DNA of 63,325 nt, counting the filler, from Basidiobolus ranarum (lineage: Eukaryota): assembly GCA_040143965.1 (NCBI GenBank). It is 24 parts of 24 records of this genome, joined end to end, with 100 filler letters (N's around TTAATTAATTAA, not from the genome) between each part and the next. Parts side by side here need not be neighbours in the genome. Positions count along the whole stretch, not along the records: positions 47,615 to 50,152 come from JASJQH010010104.1; positions 50,253 to 52,789 come from JASJQH010010105.1; positions 52,890 to 55,426 come from JASJQH010010106.1; positions 55,527 to 58,062 come from JASJQH010010107.1; positions 58,163 to 60,694 come from JASJQH010010108.1; 19 more parts are not named here. One strand, given 5' to 3'. The notes below the pieces were generated by a model that had not been told where the DNA came from, searched no databases, and worked only from the letters and a program-made list of their open reading frames with translations. Within the stretch, counting starts at the first letter, position 1. Every line of letters begins with the position of its first letter. This document shows positions 47,615 through 60,794 of this stretch, one piece after another. The position numbers and the translations under genes were made by a program.

Positions 47615-50152
47615 AGATACCATTGAGTTACAACAGTTATATGACCACAATGATGTTGGTAGAAATGGAAGTTTGGTTGAACCAGTAAGTGCAGACAACA
47701 CGGAGGACTCACTGCTAGATGTTGTCCTTGGTTATTCCAGTACTGATGGTAGTATATCAGAAGTCAAAGAAGAAGACAACAGTATTGTTATAGACTCTTT
47801 GTTATTTGCAAACATTAGTTCACTCATAACTCTTACTGCAAAGGAAGCAGCTTTGATTATTGAGGAGTCAAGAGTTCAATCTAATCTTACCAACAAGGTG
47901 TTTATTGGTTTTCTTACACTTTTACCACAGTTCATTGGCAACTGTTGCTTGCCACAGACCTGGTACAAGTGGAAAAAACTTGTCAATTGTGTGACTTATA
48001 TTCCTTCAGTAATTAAACTACCTTCATGTTCAAATGGTTGTTTGGCTTTTGCCAGTGATCTGCAAAACCTGAAGTCATGTACTGTTTGTGCACATTTGGA
48101 AATCACTGAATCAGGTAACTATTGTTCATATTTGGCTTACATACCATTGATTCCCCATCTTGAAGTTTTAATGCAATCACAAAATATATATCATTGATCC
48201 AATACCAAAGTACTCACCATAAAGCTGATGGTGCTGCCAATATACTTGATGAATATCACTACCAAAATCTGAAAAGTCAAGGTTTCTTTGAGAACACATA
48301 TGATCCGGCATTTGCATTGGCTCTGGATGGTTTCTTGCTAAACAAATACACATCAGAAAAGCTTGCTGGCCAATAATTTTAATTAATGTGAATCTTCCTC
48401 CTTCTGAATGGTAGAAGAGTTATAATATTTTTTTACTATCCATCATATCTGGACCTAAATCACCAGTGCTTATAGATAGCTTCTTCAAGACTTTAATTAC
48501 AAAATTTGAATGGTTATCAAATGGGGTTCAGTTGAGTAAATATTTTATTAAAGCTAATATCATTGTATGTATTGGTGACACTGCTGCCATCAGTAAACTT
48601 GGAGGTTTTTGCAGGCACAATTCACTATCTTGCTGTAGATTTTGTCAAATCAATGGAGTTTACTCTATCAGGCATATGCATAACTATCATCCATATACAA
48701 CACTAAACTCCATGATTTTACTATCAAGAGCCCAGTCAAATTTCAACATATCACTGAAATCATTTCACCAAATAGTCAGTCTAACATAAAACTTGGTATT
48801 AGCTGTAAGCCTAAGATTATATTGCCAAAGGGGAACAGCTGGAGCCAGAGCTTCCCATTAGGTACTATTCACTTATTATTCAACAACATTCCAATACTAC
48901 TTACTCAGTTATATAGTGGAAAATTCAATGTGAATGAGCCATTTGAGATAGATTCAAAGTTAGAATAGGTTGATAAAATGCTTGAAAACATCAAGATACC
49001 ATTGTACATTACCAGGACTCCCATCAATATCAACTCATCTAGGCATTTATTGAAATGCAAAGACTGGAAGTATTGAATTTAAGTATATTCAAGTGGAATT
49101 TTGAAAATATTTCTGCCTCATGAGTATTGGCAACATTGGGAGTTGTTTGTGGATTTTGCTAATATATTCTTATAGCATCAACTCACATTGTCAGGTCCCA
49201 GGCAGATAGAGCAACTATGCAAAGATTTTGTAATTGGATATGAAAAACTTTATTTCAGATTTAAAGAAGATAGACTGAATCTATGCCAGTATTGAATACA
49301 TTCCCTGCTGCATCTTTCATATTGCTAAGAGATTATAGGCCCTTGCTATACATTCTGGGAGTTCCCAATGGAGCACTTAGGTGGTGAAATGAGGCTCTGT
49401 GTGAAATTGTCAATATTACCATATGCTAATCTGATTTACAATGTATCAGCCAAATCAGTGATGGATCAGATGCAGTGGGTCCAGGAGACTCCAGAGTATA
49501 TTAACCTTCCAACAACAAGCTTTTTCAATGTGCTCATGGGTTTTTGCATTGTTTGAGCACAATGACAGCAACAAAGCCCAATCCATGGACATTGAGTAAG
49601 TACCTCTATAATTGGGACTAATTTATTTGTGTAATAATCTGATGGCATTTTTAGGCAAGCTGCAAGACAGACTTCTTGGTGAGATAGATCAAGATACATA
49701 GTATTTTGTTTTAGCTATGGGGTAATATATTCAAGCAATGACACATCCACTTGTGGCAGGACATTTGTTGACTGCAAGTTGGGGATATATTAGTTGAATT
49801 CTTTACAGAAATTAGCCAAAATCCAAGAGCTTATTCTCATTGTGGCTGGTATACAAAGCCTAAAATGTTTAAATAAAGGCATGCATAATAATTCAAATTC
49901 CTACAGCAGTAAACCCAGTAATTTGCCATTTGCAAGCTATATATTGCAAAAATTGCGGGATTTTGAATACCACATGCCAAATTTGAGAATCAATATTTTA
50001 ATATGTCCAAATACCATCTAAATATCACCAATAAACCACCATCACACCATCATAATCCCTGGCACAATGCAAGACACCAATATTGTGATGGTTCTCTGAT
50101 GGCTTTGCTATTTTGGAGGGTGAATCCATTCTAGATCAAATTGATTTTATTA
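47615..50152 (+). mobile_element. Decayed CACTA/EnSpm (Transposase_21/tnp2-type) element, transposase to near the 3' terminus
   Basis: CSNGCLAF...CTVC, YIPLIPHL, FALALDGF, WPIILIN..LPP, IISGPKSP, GDTAAISKLGGFCRHNSLSCCRFC, HSLLHL and GPCYTFWEFPME are typical CMC-EnSpm transposase motifs. Many stops. Confidence 0.9.
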
Positions 50153-50252
50153 NNNNNNNNNNNNNNNNNNNNNNNNNNNNNNNNNNNNNNNNNNNNTTAA
50201 TTAATTAANNNNNNNNNNNNNNNNNNNNNNNNNNNNNNNNNNNNNNNNNNNN

Positions 50253-50752
50253 CTAGAAACAGTGAGAGTTCCAGAACTCTGGGCCGTGGCAGATGCAGAA
50301 GATTGGGCACTGGAGGTAGGGCTAGCTAATGAGCCCACTCCAGCATCAGAAGGAGATGGCTGGGTGTTGTCAGTATCGGTAATGGTAAAGCGAGTGGTCC
50401 AGAACAGATAGGGCTCGCTTGCACCAGGCTTAGGAACGGTAAAGCGTAGAAAGTAGATCTTTCCAAATGGAGTCACATTGGGGACCGTAAATTCAAGAGA
50501 AGTTGTATTCCGTGTAACACCAGTAGCAATCACTGCTAACTTTGCCTGCTGCATGTCGGACCCAGTGTAGAGTGCCACTTCGAATGGTGCCATTTTCTGA
50601 AGAGGAGGGGATTGTTCGTTATCACTCCACTCAATCGTGACTTTACTCCCTACCTTCCAGACCGTATCACCAACAGGAGTAGATGGATAAATACCAGCAT
50701 GAGCAACGCCAGTAAGGCCCACAAGTAAAAGAGCTAGTAAAGAAAGTTTCAT
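50253..50752 (-). CDS. Ser/Thr-rich GPI-anchored family (Kre9/Knh1-like N-terminal Ig-like domain) cell-surface protein, 3'-truncated
   Basis: Signal peptide MKLSLLALLLVGLTGVAHA, then IYPSTPVGDTVWKVGSKVTIEWSD...LYTGSDMQQAKL...FTVP...YFLRF...WTTRFTI, then a Ser/Thr-rich stalk. Confidence 0.87.
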
Positions 50753-51542
50753 GGCTTTGAAATCAAGTGGGAACAAGTTTTGTACGGAGTTTAATGGAAC
50801 ATATTTGAACGATTTATAGTATTCGCGTGTTCCCATTGTGTGTGGTCATCATAATGGGAGCCTTTTTGACTCCGTTTTGCCAATTAATTCATTTAAAAGA
50901 AGTAGACACGATGCCAGTCAACTGCACTTACATAAAAGCTGCATCCTATATTTACTACGCAATAATAAGGCAGATTATGTACATATCCTGTGATTTCTTT
51001 GGAGACCAGCGCTAGGCGTCTAGGGGTCTCCCCTTCTTCGCGCTTACAAGATTGATTTACTTGGCATTAGTGTATTTAAGCGTGTAATGTAAGCAAATAC
51101 CATACGGGGGAATATTGATTCTCAGCCAAATGAGCCTTAGCTAAGGAATGGTCATCAGTAGTCATAGATTGCTCTCATCCTGACCCTAAACCATCCCGAA
51201 TTCAGGGATATGTAAAGAATCGAGGTGTCGATCAAATATTGAAATGCACACATAGTATCCGCATGGTATCCATATAACGAATTCTCTATAAAAGATTGGA
51301 CGAATCCTTTCGGTTAATCCCTTGGCCATCATTTCGTTCATTAGGAGAAAAGTGATAGAAAAATTACGAATGAGATTAGCTTTCAATTCAGTTATTGTAA
51401 TTTAATGAGATTCGATCAAAATAAACAGTAGTTCAAAAAAACATTGATTAGTGGATGATTGGGAGAAGACTAGAATTGTAACTTGGTTCAGAGTACACTT
51501 GACTAAGTAAGGAGAGAAATACTTGGTTTATTCTTTAGTATA

Positions 51543-52744
51543 ATGCAACATCCATTTCAGACCCCTTCTCCACCTGCTCCCTCTACTGTTGTAAATAAAA
51601 AACGCTCAGAACATGTCTTACAGACACCAGTGGGGCAGATATATCGAACTGATCCTATATCAGCAATTCAAACTCAAAAAGTAGACCGTCCCCCAGTTTC
51701 TTCTCCCACAAATTCCGTATGTTCCGAAGCTTCAACTACGTCAACTGACTCAGTACGCATAAAAAAGAAAAAACGTAGGCCTTTTCTTCTAGATAAAGTT
51801 CACCTGTTTCTTTTTCCGTTAATATCGTCATTATTCATTAAAATATAGCGGTAAAAGTGGTTTCCTCCAAATTTATGCAAGGTACTACTAGCTCGGCTAC
51901 TCCTATGGCGAAACCTTTACCTAAGCGAGAGAAAGAAAGTGTCAGAACTGTTCGACCACCAAGACTTCCACCCTCCAATGGTGACTGTCCCATCCCAAAG
52001 AAACCGGAAAAGAAAACGGACATGAAACCTCCTGCTACAGTTACTCGCACTGCTTCACTTAGACCACGACAGCCATCAGATGCTTCAACTAAGCCAAGTA
52101 TGTTTGTTCTAACCAATATCAATCAAAAGTGCCCGAACATTAAAACTTTATGCACAGGTGGAACTTTTACTAGAACTCCTTCTCTTCAGAGATTGAGATC
52201 GTCAACAGGTATAATAGATTAACATTCACATTATATGATGGACCTCTTACATATTGAAGCGAGTTTTTGCAAAACATACAAACTTACAATTGGAATTTAT
52301 TTGCATTGAAGCTTCGACAAAACCAGAGCCTGAAACCACTGAGCCAAGTCCAGAGGTAACTATTGTAACTCAATCGGTTTAACCAACCTATTTCTAACAT
52401 TTTTAACAGACAACCCGTCGAGTTCCAGCAGCGCCATCCAGTCAAGCAGCTGAAATATGCTTTGATGACAACGAAGCTGAGATCGAAGTGTTACAGGCAC
52501 GCTTACTTCAATGGAACTTTATCAATGGACGTGCCACCCAAGCATTCGAAGCTCAGAAGCGTCAAGTAGAGGTAATAACAGTACAAAATCCTCATCACTT
52601 ACTTTGGTCTGACTTTGAATTTAGACACAATTCAAATCTGTATACTCCCACATAATCGGCCTCAAATATGAGCTTAATCACTCAAAGGACATGATACATA
52701 GCTTCGATAGTAAAGAGAAGCTTGAGAAAGTGATTGCTACTCAG
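51543..52744 (+). CDS. HAUS8/QWRF-like (augmin subunit 8-like) protein, multi-exon, 3'-truncated
   Basis: VVSSKFMQ motif, a basic S/P-rich disordered region, then EIEVLQARLLQWNFINGRATQAFEAQKRQVE followed by coiled-coil-like sequence. Several GT-AG introns, e.g. ~51753-51848 and 52572-52624. Confidence 0.68.
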
Positions 52745-52889
52745 GTAAATTTATTCAATCGGCCTATACCACTGATCTCACGCTCATGCNNNNNNNNNNN
52801 NNNNNNNNNNNNNNNNNNNNNNNNNNNNNNNNNTTAATTAATTAANNNNNNNNNNNNNNNNNNNNNNNNNNNNNNNNNNNNNNNNNNNN

Positions 52890-55426
52890 GATCTTGAAAT
52901 TTCACTCCTGAAACTGAAAAAATTGATTAAAATCAAATCTAACTTGATGATTTTATGACAGTAAGTAAATGGTCAATCCCAAATGGATTAAAATTGTGAC
53001 GGTTTTCCTACAATAACAATCCTCAAATTTCTGTTAGGGACCGTGTTGCTTTGAACTTTGCTAAACTATTGATTTACTTCATAATTTGGGGATTATGATC
53101 TCTTCACTTGCACTATTGGAAGAAAGGAACACACCTGGTTAATTGATTAATGCTACATCATTACTTGAGTTAGTTTCAAGCATGTTAATGCCTTCCAAAG
53201 TGGATAGTGGATCACTAGACCACTCATCAATTAAGCCCTCTGTTCATGCTGGTTTTTCTCCTTTCATGCCAGCAGGCTTTTGCCTGGAAGCCATCTGTGA
53301 TTTAGATTTTGTATGCTTTTTGAAAGGCATTAAAATACTCAGATAGTAAACTTGGTGTAATGAAATTGCTTAGAAACAGCTTATAATAAACCAAAATTGC
53401 CATCCATTACTGGAAACATTTTGTAAATCCCCAGATGACTCATCTGTGACACCGTCTTGGAGTCAGCTCATGATAATAATGAGATATATCTAAAATACCT
53501 TCCTTATATAGTAGGTGTTGTTTTTTCACAATATACTTCTCATGCGCAACACAATTGCTTAAAGAAGCCCTACTATGTTTGTCACAAATTCATGTGCTAT
53601 GAAAGCTCAAGGCTTTGTAGAAAAAGTAATCACAAGCATGATCATTGTTCAAAGCCACCTGCTGCACAAAGCCCAGTGTATATCAACAGGAATCCCTAAC
53701 AAAAATAAAATCAATTTGATCTGCATCAGATCCATCCTGCTGCATTGCAAAACAATCAGAGTACTGTCTCAATATTGGTGACTTGAATTCTGCCAGGGAT
53801 TTTGACGGTGAGATGGTGGCTTTTTTGATGGTATTTTGATGGTATTCATACATGGTAAAATATTGATCCTCATATTTGGCATGTATTAATTTATTTCCAA
53901 CAATGTTTGCAAAAATATAATTTTAAATGGCAAATTGTTGGGTTTACTGCTGTAGGAATTTAATTTAATATGCATGCCTAAATTTAGATATTTTAGGCTT
54001 TGTATTCCAAACATAATGAGAATCAAAAATATAAGAATCTTGTTGTGTTTAGTCTCTACATATGCACATACTTGACTGATTTGACATAAATCAACAACAT
54101 CAATATGATTTACCAGCAAACTGGTGATTGAGAAATTACTCAACATCCAAGAGTTTGAAAAGCACAGACACTTGTAAAATAGCTGACTATTGTTACCATT
54201 CACAATGAGAATAAGCTGTTGAAATTTGGCAAACTTCCATAAAGAAATCAGTCCAAATATCCCCAACTTGCAGTCAACTAATGTCCTGCCACAAGTAGAT
54301 GTGTCATTGCTTGAATATATTATCCCATGGCTAAAACAATAATACTGTATATCTCATTCTATCTCACCAAGAAGTCTCTCTTGCAGACTTCCTAGAAATA
54401 TCATCAGATTAGCACACAAACTAATTAGTCCAAATTATAGAGATACTTACTTTGTGTCAAAGTTTTTGTTGCCGTTATTGTGCTCAAACAATGCAAAAAC
54501 CCATGAGCACATTGAAAAGAGCCCTTTGTTGGAAGGTTAATATAATCCAAAGTCTCCTTAACCCATTGCACTAGATCCATCACTGATTTTGCTGGTACAT
54601 TACCCCCAAAAAAAATATATTGATTTGATCTGGATGGGAACCTCCCTTCCAGATTGCAAAACCATCAGAGAACCATCCTAATATTGGGGGCTTGCATTCT
54701 GCCAGAGATTTTGATGGTGTGACAGTAGCTTATTGACAGTATTTTGATGGTATTCATACATGTTGAAATATTGATCCTCATAACAGGCATGCATTATTCA
54801 ATTTCTGGCAATTTTTGCAAAAATATAATTTTCAAATGACAAATTACTGGGTTTACTGCTGTAGAAATTCAGGTTAATAAGCATGCCTTTATTTACATAC
54901 TTTTGGCTTTGTATTCCAGCTATAATGAGTATCAAAAAATACAAGAATCTTGTTGTGTTTAGTCTCTACATATGCACATGCTTGACTAATCAGACATAAC
55001 TCAACAACATCAATACACTTTACCAGCAAATTAATGGTGGAAAAATTGCTAAATATGTGAAATTTTGAATAGCACTGACACTTGGCAAGTAGCTGACTTC
55101 TGGTACCATTCACAATGAGAATCAGCTCTTGTATTTTGCCAAATTTCCAAAACAAATTCAGCCAAAATATCCCCAACTTGAAGTCAACAAATGTCCTGGC
55201 ACAAGTAGATGTGTCATTACTTAAATAGATTACCCCATGGCTAAAATAATAATACTGTGTATCTTTATCTATCTCACCCAGAAGTCTGTCTTGCAGCTTT
55301 CCTAGAAATACTGTCAGAGTATCACATAAAGAAATTAGTCCAAATTATAGAGGTACCTACTCTGTGTCCATGGATTGGGCTTTTTTGCTGTTATTGTGCT
55401 CAAACAATGTGAAAACCCAGAAGCAC
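52890..55426 (-). mobile_element. Nest of CACTA-like copies
   Basis: A terminus ends at 53039, followed by repeat 53040-53693. One copy starts CCCTAACAAAAAT at 53694 and a second, colinear copy starts at ~54603. Both match the reverse complement of 49430-50152. Confidence 0.87.
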
Positions 55427-58162
55427 NNNNNNNNNNNNNNNNNNNNNNNNNNNNNNNNNNNNNNNNNNNNTTAATTAATTAANNNNNNNNNNNNNNNNNN
55501 NNNNNNNNNNNNNNNNNNNNNNNNNNATTATTTAAAAAACTGACTCATGCGCAATCGGCTTTCGCAAAACTATAATTCCTATTTGTTTTTTTCTATTTGT
55601 GTAAATTTGTAATAAGTCGCCTTATGTAATATATCAATCTTTATTGGATTAGGAGTTGTCACTGAAACAAAAGAAATATACCTTGCTTATGATATAGGTT
55701 GCTGGTCGAATAAGACACATGTTCTCTGCTGATAAATTACTTAAGTTGCTTGTAGCCAATAATGGGTCCACAGTATGGAAAAGGATAGCTTAGGTGGCAC
55801 TCATATTTCTACCTGAATCAACCCCAAGTACGAAGACGACCTTGTACCATTTTTAATGGCGGAAATTAGGGATGAACTTATACGATGTTTTAACCAAAGC
55901 TGGGCATTGAATATTTTGATATCTTACACAAAATAATTTTATCTGAGATGTGTTTTCTGGTAACCGTGACTGCATAACATATTATCCAATCCCTTCGGAG
56001 AGCATTACGAAAGTGTGAAGTCATTCATTTTCTAGTTGGCGTTTAGATTTGTAGAACCCGGCGAATCATAAATCATTGTTCGAATGACGTATTTTCACAG
56101 TCTCTGTCGTGTGGGACTAAGTGTGTTATTTGTAGGGAATGAGTATAAAGCCCTTAAAATCACGAGTGTATTTATCATTTTGGGTTGAATGCGATTACTG
56201 ATCCCATTTACCAAACCCATGGTGCTATGTAAGATTCCCGGATACATTTGTACTCAATTGGGGTGTGAAAGAGGGGCGCAGTCCTACCGGTCAGATAAAT
56301 GATATCTCCCTAGCCACATTAGATGAAGTACACCGATATAACATTTCAACTATAGTTTTCAAGTATGTGGCCTCAATAAATCGGTCATAAGTGTTTTATG
56401 TACTATTAACTTAACGCTGACTACACTCCGGTTGGTAGCTGGGTGTGCATATATTATATTCTATAAATAGATATCTTTCTAGTGACTATCAAGATACTTG
56501 GAATTGTGGTAGATTAGCCCAAATGTTGTATTCATCTAGAAATACTGGTACTAATTCAGGTATCTTATGCTGAGGTTATTGGGAACCGTAGCAGAGTACA
56601 TCAGTAATCCATTCAATCCTGACTCTGTGTCATGCCTGTCAGGTCTTAATGATTGGTAGGGCGACTTGCGGGGAAGCATTTTGAAACTAATGTGTATAAG
56701 CCTCCATTGCAACAAGCCACAAGTGAAATGTGCTTACTTATTTGAAGATTATTGATGAGTAGGCACCATTCAACTTAGAGTTTAAGATAGCAATACAGTA
56801 TATATCTCTAGTACTACATATGTGTGAAGATAAACAGTAGTCGGAGGGTATGTCAAGAAAAAGTATTTAGCTACTTCCCATTCAACACATTTCAGATACA
56901 CATGAAAGTTGAATGTAGTGGATAGGAGTATATATAGGTTCACCTAGTAAGTAGAATTTTCTAAGAAACACTTGTGCCTTATGGATGTTGGAGATATGTC
57001 TAGTAACAGCAGCATCCCACATCTTTGTAGATTGAAATCAAGTTCCAACTTTTATCCAACTGGACCACACAATTTGCAATAGATAGAAGTTGTGCGTCAC
57101 TTGACTTACAAACATAGAGTAGAAACACTACCTACAACTAGAATCCAAGGTGCATTTCTACCAGACGACTAGACTACACTCTAACAAGATCTCTCTTCCT
57201 AGATAAGTTACTTGATAATATGTTCTTTTATTAGGATAATAAAAAACCAGCAGAGCAGTGATCTCGTGATAGCATAAAGTTACCAAGATATATATACGCT
57301 ATTGTGAAGATGTGCAAATGCTCCGTCATGAAAAGGCAATTAAAATTGATGGCCGGGCTGAAATATTTATTGGATTGTCTGCTAGCATTGGTATAGAAGA
57401 TGGCCTTTCAACAACTTGGCCAAGAAAGTCTATTTTGTATTTCCTTCTATTATAGTATTATTGCAGCATTCTCTCATAATCACTTTTAGAGTAACTCGAA
57501 ACACTAGAACATGCTAAACAACAAACTAGTCCTTCTGTAACTTGTGATGCTGGATAACAATATGATCGGTTATAGCGGTGTGGTGGAGAAATGAAAGAAT
57601 TACCAAATCCATAGAACTCCTCAGTAAATATCTCTTGGACAACTACTGGACGAGCAAAGTTGTTGATATTCTCCAAAAACAAACACAAGCTTTATTCATC
57701 CTTAATTTCCGCTTAATTTGTGATTGAGTTGAACTGATATCTGATTTTTGCTGTAACGAGTCTCCATACCACATACCTCTACGAATCTTCGAGTCTATTA
57801 TACTAAATGTATATTCTACGCACCAATACGAATAACTAACGGCTTGTTGGTGACAGGAATAAGGCGACAAATCCGCACTTAATGAATTAGGCTGACTTAA
57901 ATATCAAAAAGGAAATACACTGATTTTCTAGACAGGAATGGGAAACATCGGGGGGGGGGGGGGGGGGTTAATGTATAAAATAACAATACCAGTGACTTTA
58001 TATAGCACTGTAAAAAAATTTTGTAATTTTATAAATTTTGCGGAGTAAAGTTGCCCCCGGGGNNNNNNNNNNNNNNNNNNNNNNNNNNNNNNNNNNNNNN
58101 NNNNNNTTAATTAATTAANNNNNNNNNNNNNNNNNNNNNNNNNNNNNNNNNNNNNNNNNNNN

Positions 58163-60694
58163 TACTGGGACCCAAACTCAAAACTTATACAAGCTAGAAA
58201 TCAGCAAATTGCATTGTGAGCAAGCAAACTTGGCCAAAACTTGTGAAATAAGTTGTCAAATGTGGCATAGAAGATTAGGCCATATTGGGGAACAAAAACT
58301 GACCCAAATGATCCAAAATAAGCATGTTTCAGGCTTGGAAATTGGAAATAGCACTATATTGGATCTGTGTGAAGGTTGCATATATGGAAAACATCACAGA
58401 CAGCCATTTCAAGCTCTGGAGGGATCAAATCCACTCAGAATTTTTCCCTACCTCATTCTGACCTATGTGGGCCCATGAAAAACATCTCACTGGGTGGGAA
58501 AAGGTACTTTATGACCTTTATTGATGACAAAACAAGATATACTTTGGTATTCTTTCTCAAATGAATATCTGAAGCTTTAGCTACATTCAAGCACTACAAA
58601 GCAATGGTAGAGAAAGAATCAGCACAAAAATAAGGGTACTAAGGAGTGGTAATGGTGGGAAATACTGCTCAAAAGACTTTACGAGTTTTTGCTCTAAGCA
58701 TGGAAATAAGCAACAAACTACTGTACCTTATACTCCACAGCAAAATGGAGTTGCAGAATGTGCCAATAGGACCATAGTGGAGATGGCAAGATCAATGTTA
58801 CATGATGCAAAGTTAGATTACCAATATTGGGCTGAATCTGTCTCCACTGCAGTCTATATCAAAAACAGATACCCATCCAGATTGCTACAAAATTTTACTC
58901 CATTTGAAGCTCTATATGGATCAAGACCAAGTGTGGATCATTCAGGGTCTTTGATTGCACAGCCTATTGCCTAATTCCAGATCAAAAACGCTCAAAATTG
59001 TAACCCAAAAGCAGAAAAAGCATATTTCTTGGTTACTGTGATGGATCCAAGGCCTACAGACTGTTTGATACCAAAAATCAGAAGTCAATTAAGTGCAAAG
59101 ATGTGAAATTTGATGAAAAAGCATATTTTTCTCCTCAAATCACGATTCTTGATCCTGAAGACACAATCAGCACTATTCAGGAAGCGTTTGACAAAATTCC
59201 AGCTCTATCTAAGCCCTATTGAACCAAAATTTCAGTCCTAATTACATCAATGGATGCTTCAGGACCCAGCAGATCATCCAGAAGGAGATATAAGCCAGGA
59301 AACTGGTGGAACACTTCCAATGATAGTGTATATGCTTATGCAGCATTCTGTGATGAGCCACAGACTCTAGATAAAGCTTTGGAGTGTCCAAAATCAAAAT
59401 TATGGGAAAAGCAATGTCAGATGAGTTTTCTTCACTTCAGGACAATAAAACATGGGTTTTAAGTCCTCTTCCATCAGGAAGAAAGCAAATAGGTTGCAAA
59501 TGGGTTGACAAAGTTAAAAATCAAGCTGATGGAACCATAGAAAGGTACAAAGCAAGATTAGTGGCAAAAGGCTATTCCCAGACCCCAGGAGCTGATTTTA
59601 ATGAAACTTTGGCTCCAGTAGCTAAGTTTAGCTTGATTAGATCAATCCTGGCACTCTCAGCCGTCAATAACCTTGATCTACATCATATGGAAGTAAAAAG
59701 AGCCTTTCTAAATGGGTATCAAGAAGAAGAGATCTATATAGAACAATCAGACGGATTTGTTGACCCAAAACATCCTGATATGGTGTGTAAACTGCATAAG
59801 TTTCTCCATGGACTCAAGCAAGCACCCAGGTCATGGTACAGCAAGATAGATACCTATTTTGAGTCTCTGGAATTCCAAAAATGCACAGCAGATCACAGTA
59901 TTTACATCAAAACTACCAGAAATACAATCCTTATGTTGGCACTACATGTGGATGACTTATTCATAGCCACAAATGATCTACAAACACTTAATCAGACAAA
60001 ATGTAGCTTATCAAACTAATTTCAGATGATTGATATGGGTGAATCAAGTTATTTTCTTAGAATCCAAATCAAGAGAAATAAACCCAATCAGAAAATCATG
60101 CTGAATCAGTCTAGATACATCCTAGACATGCTAAAATGCATCAACATGGAGAATAGCAAGCCTGTATCAACACCAATGGATCCCAATGTGAAATTAATCA
60201 AAATTTCATCAGATTTAGCCCAAAATGACTCAAATCAAAGCCAGCAGCTCCCTTATCAATCCATTATTGGTAGTTTAATCTGTACAGTGGTTGGAGCATG
60301 TTGAGACATTGCTGTGGCAGTGGGAACTTTCAGCCAATATCTCAAAAGTCCAGTATTTGAGCACAAAACTGCAGCAGAAGAAATATTCTGGTATTTGAGA
60401 GGAACTGTAGATCTAGTACTGGAATACTCTGCCACTCCTGATGCATGAAGTTTTGAAGGCTACAGTGATGCAGGCTGGGGAAGAAACCTTGATGATAGCA
60501 GATCAACAATTGGATAAACTTTTCTCTATGGTAATTTAGCCATAACTTGGAATAGTCAGAAGCAACCTACTGTAGCACTTTCTACTACAGAAGCAGAGTA
60601 TATGGCTGCCTCTGCTACTACACAAGAAGCTATGTGGTTAAGGAAGTTATTTACAGACTTAGGATACATGCAAAAATGTGCTATCACTGTATTT
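58163..60694 (+). mobile_element. Decayed Ty1/copia pol (GAG-pre-integrase, integrase, RT, RNase H)
   Basis: WHRRLGH, CEGCIYGKHHR, HSDLCGPM, YTPQQNGVAE, YKARLVAKGYSQ, LHVDDL, GYSDAGWG and VALSTTEAEYMA. Confidence 0.98.
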
Positions 60695-60794
60695 NNNNNN
60701 NNNNNNNNNNNNNNNNNNNNNNNNNNNNNNNNNNNNNNTTAATTAATTAANNNNNNNNNNNNNNNNNNNNNNNNNNNNNNNNNNNNNNNNNNNN

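Noticed and set aside
15913-52789. Apparent cluster of secreted/GPI-anchored and transporter genes
   Set aside because: The genes are on separate unlinked contigs; the clustering is an artefact of concatenation.
55527-58062. Short ORFs (57458-57870) and a poly-G run at ~57950-57967
   Set aside because: No recognisable protein features. The G homopolymer alone is not evidence of function and may be a sequencing artefact.
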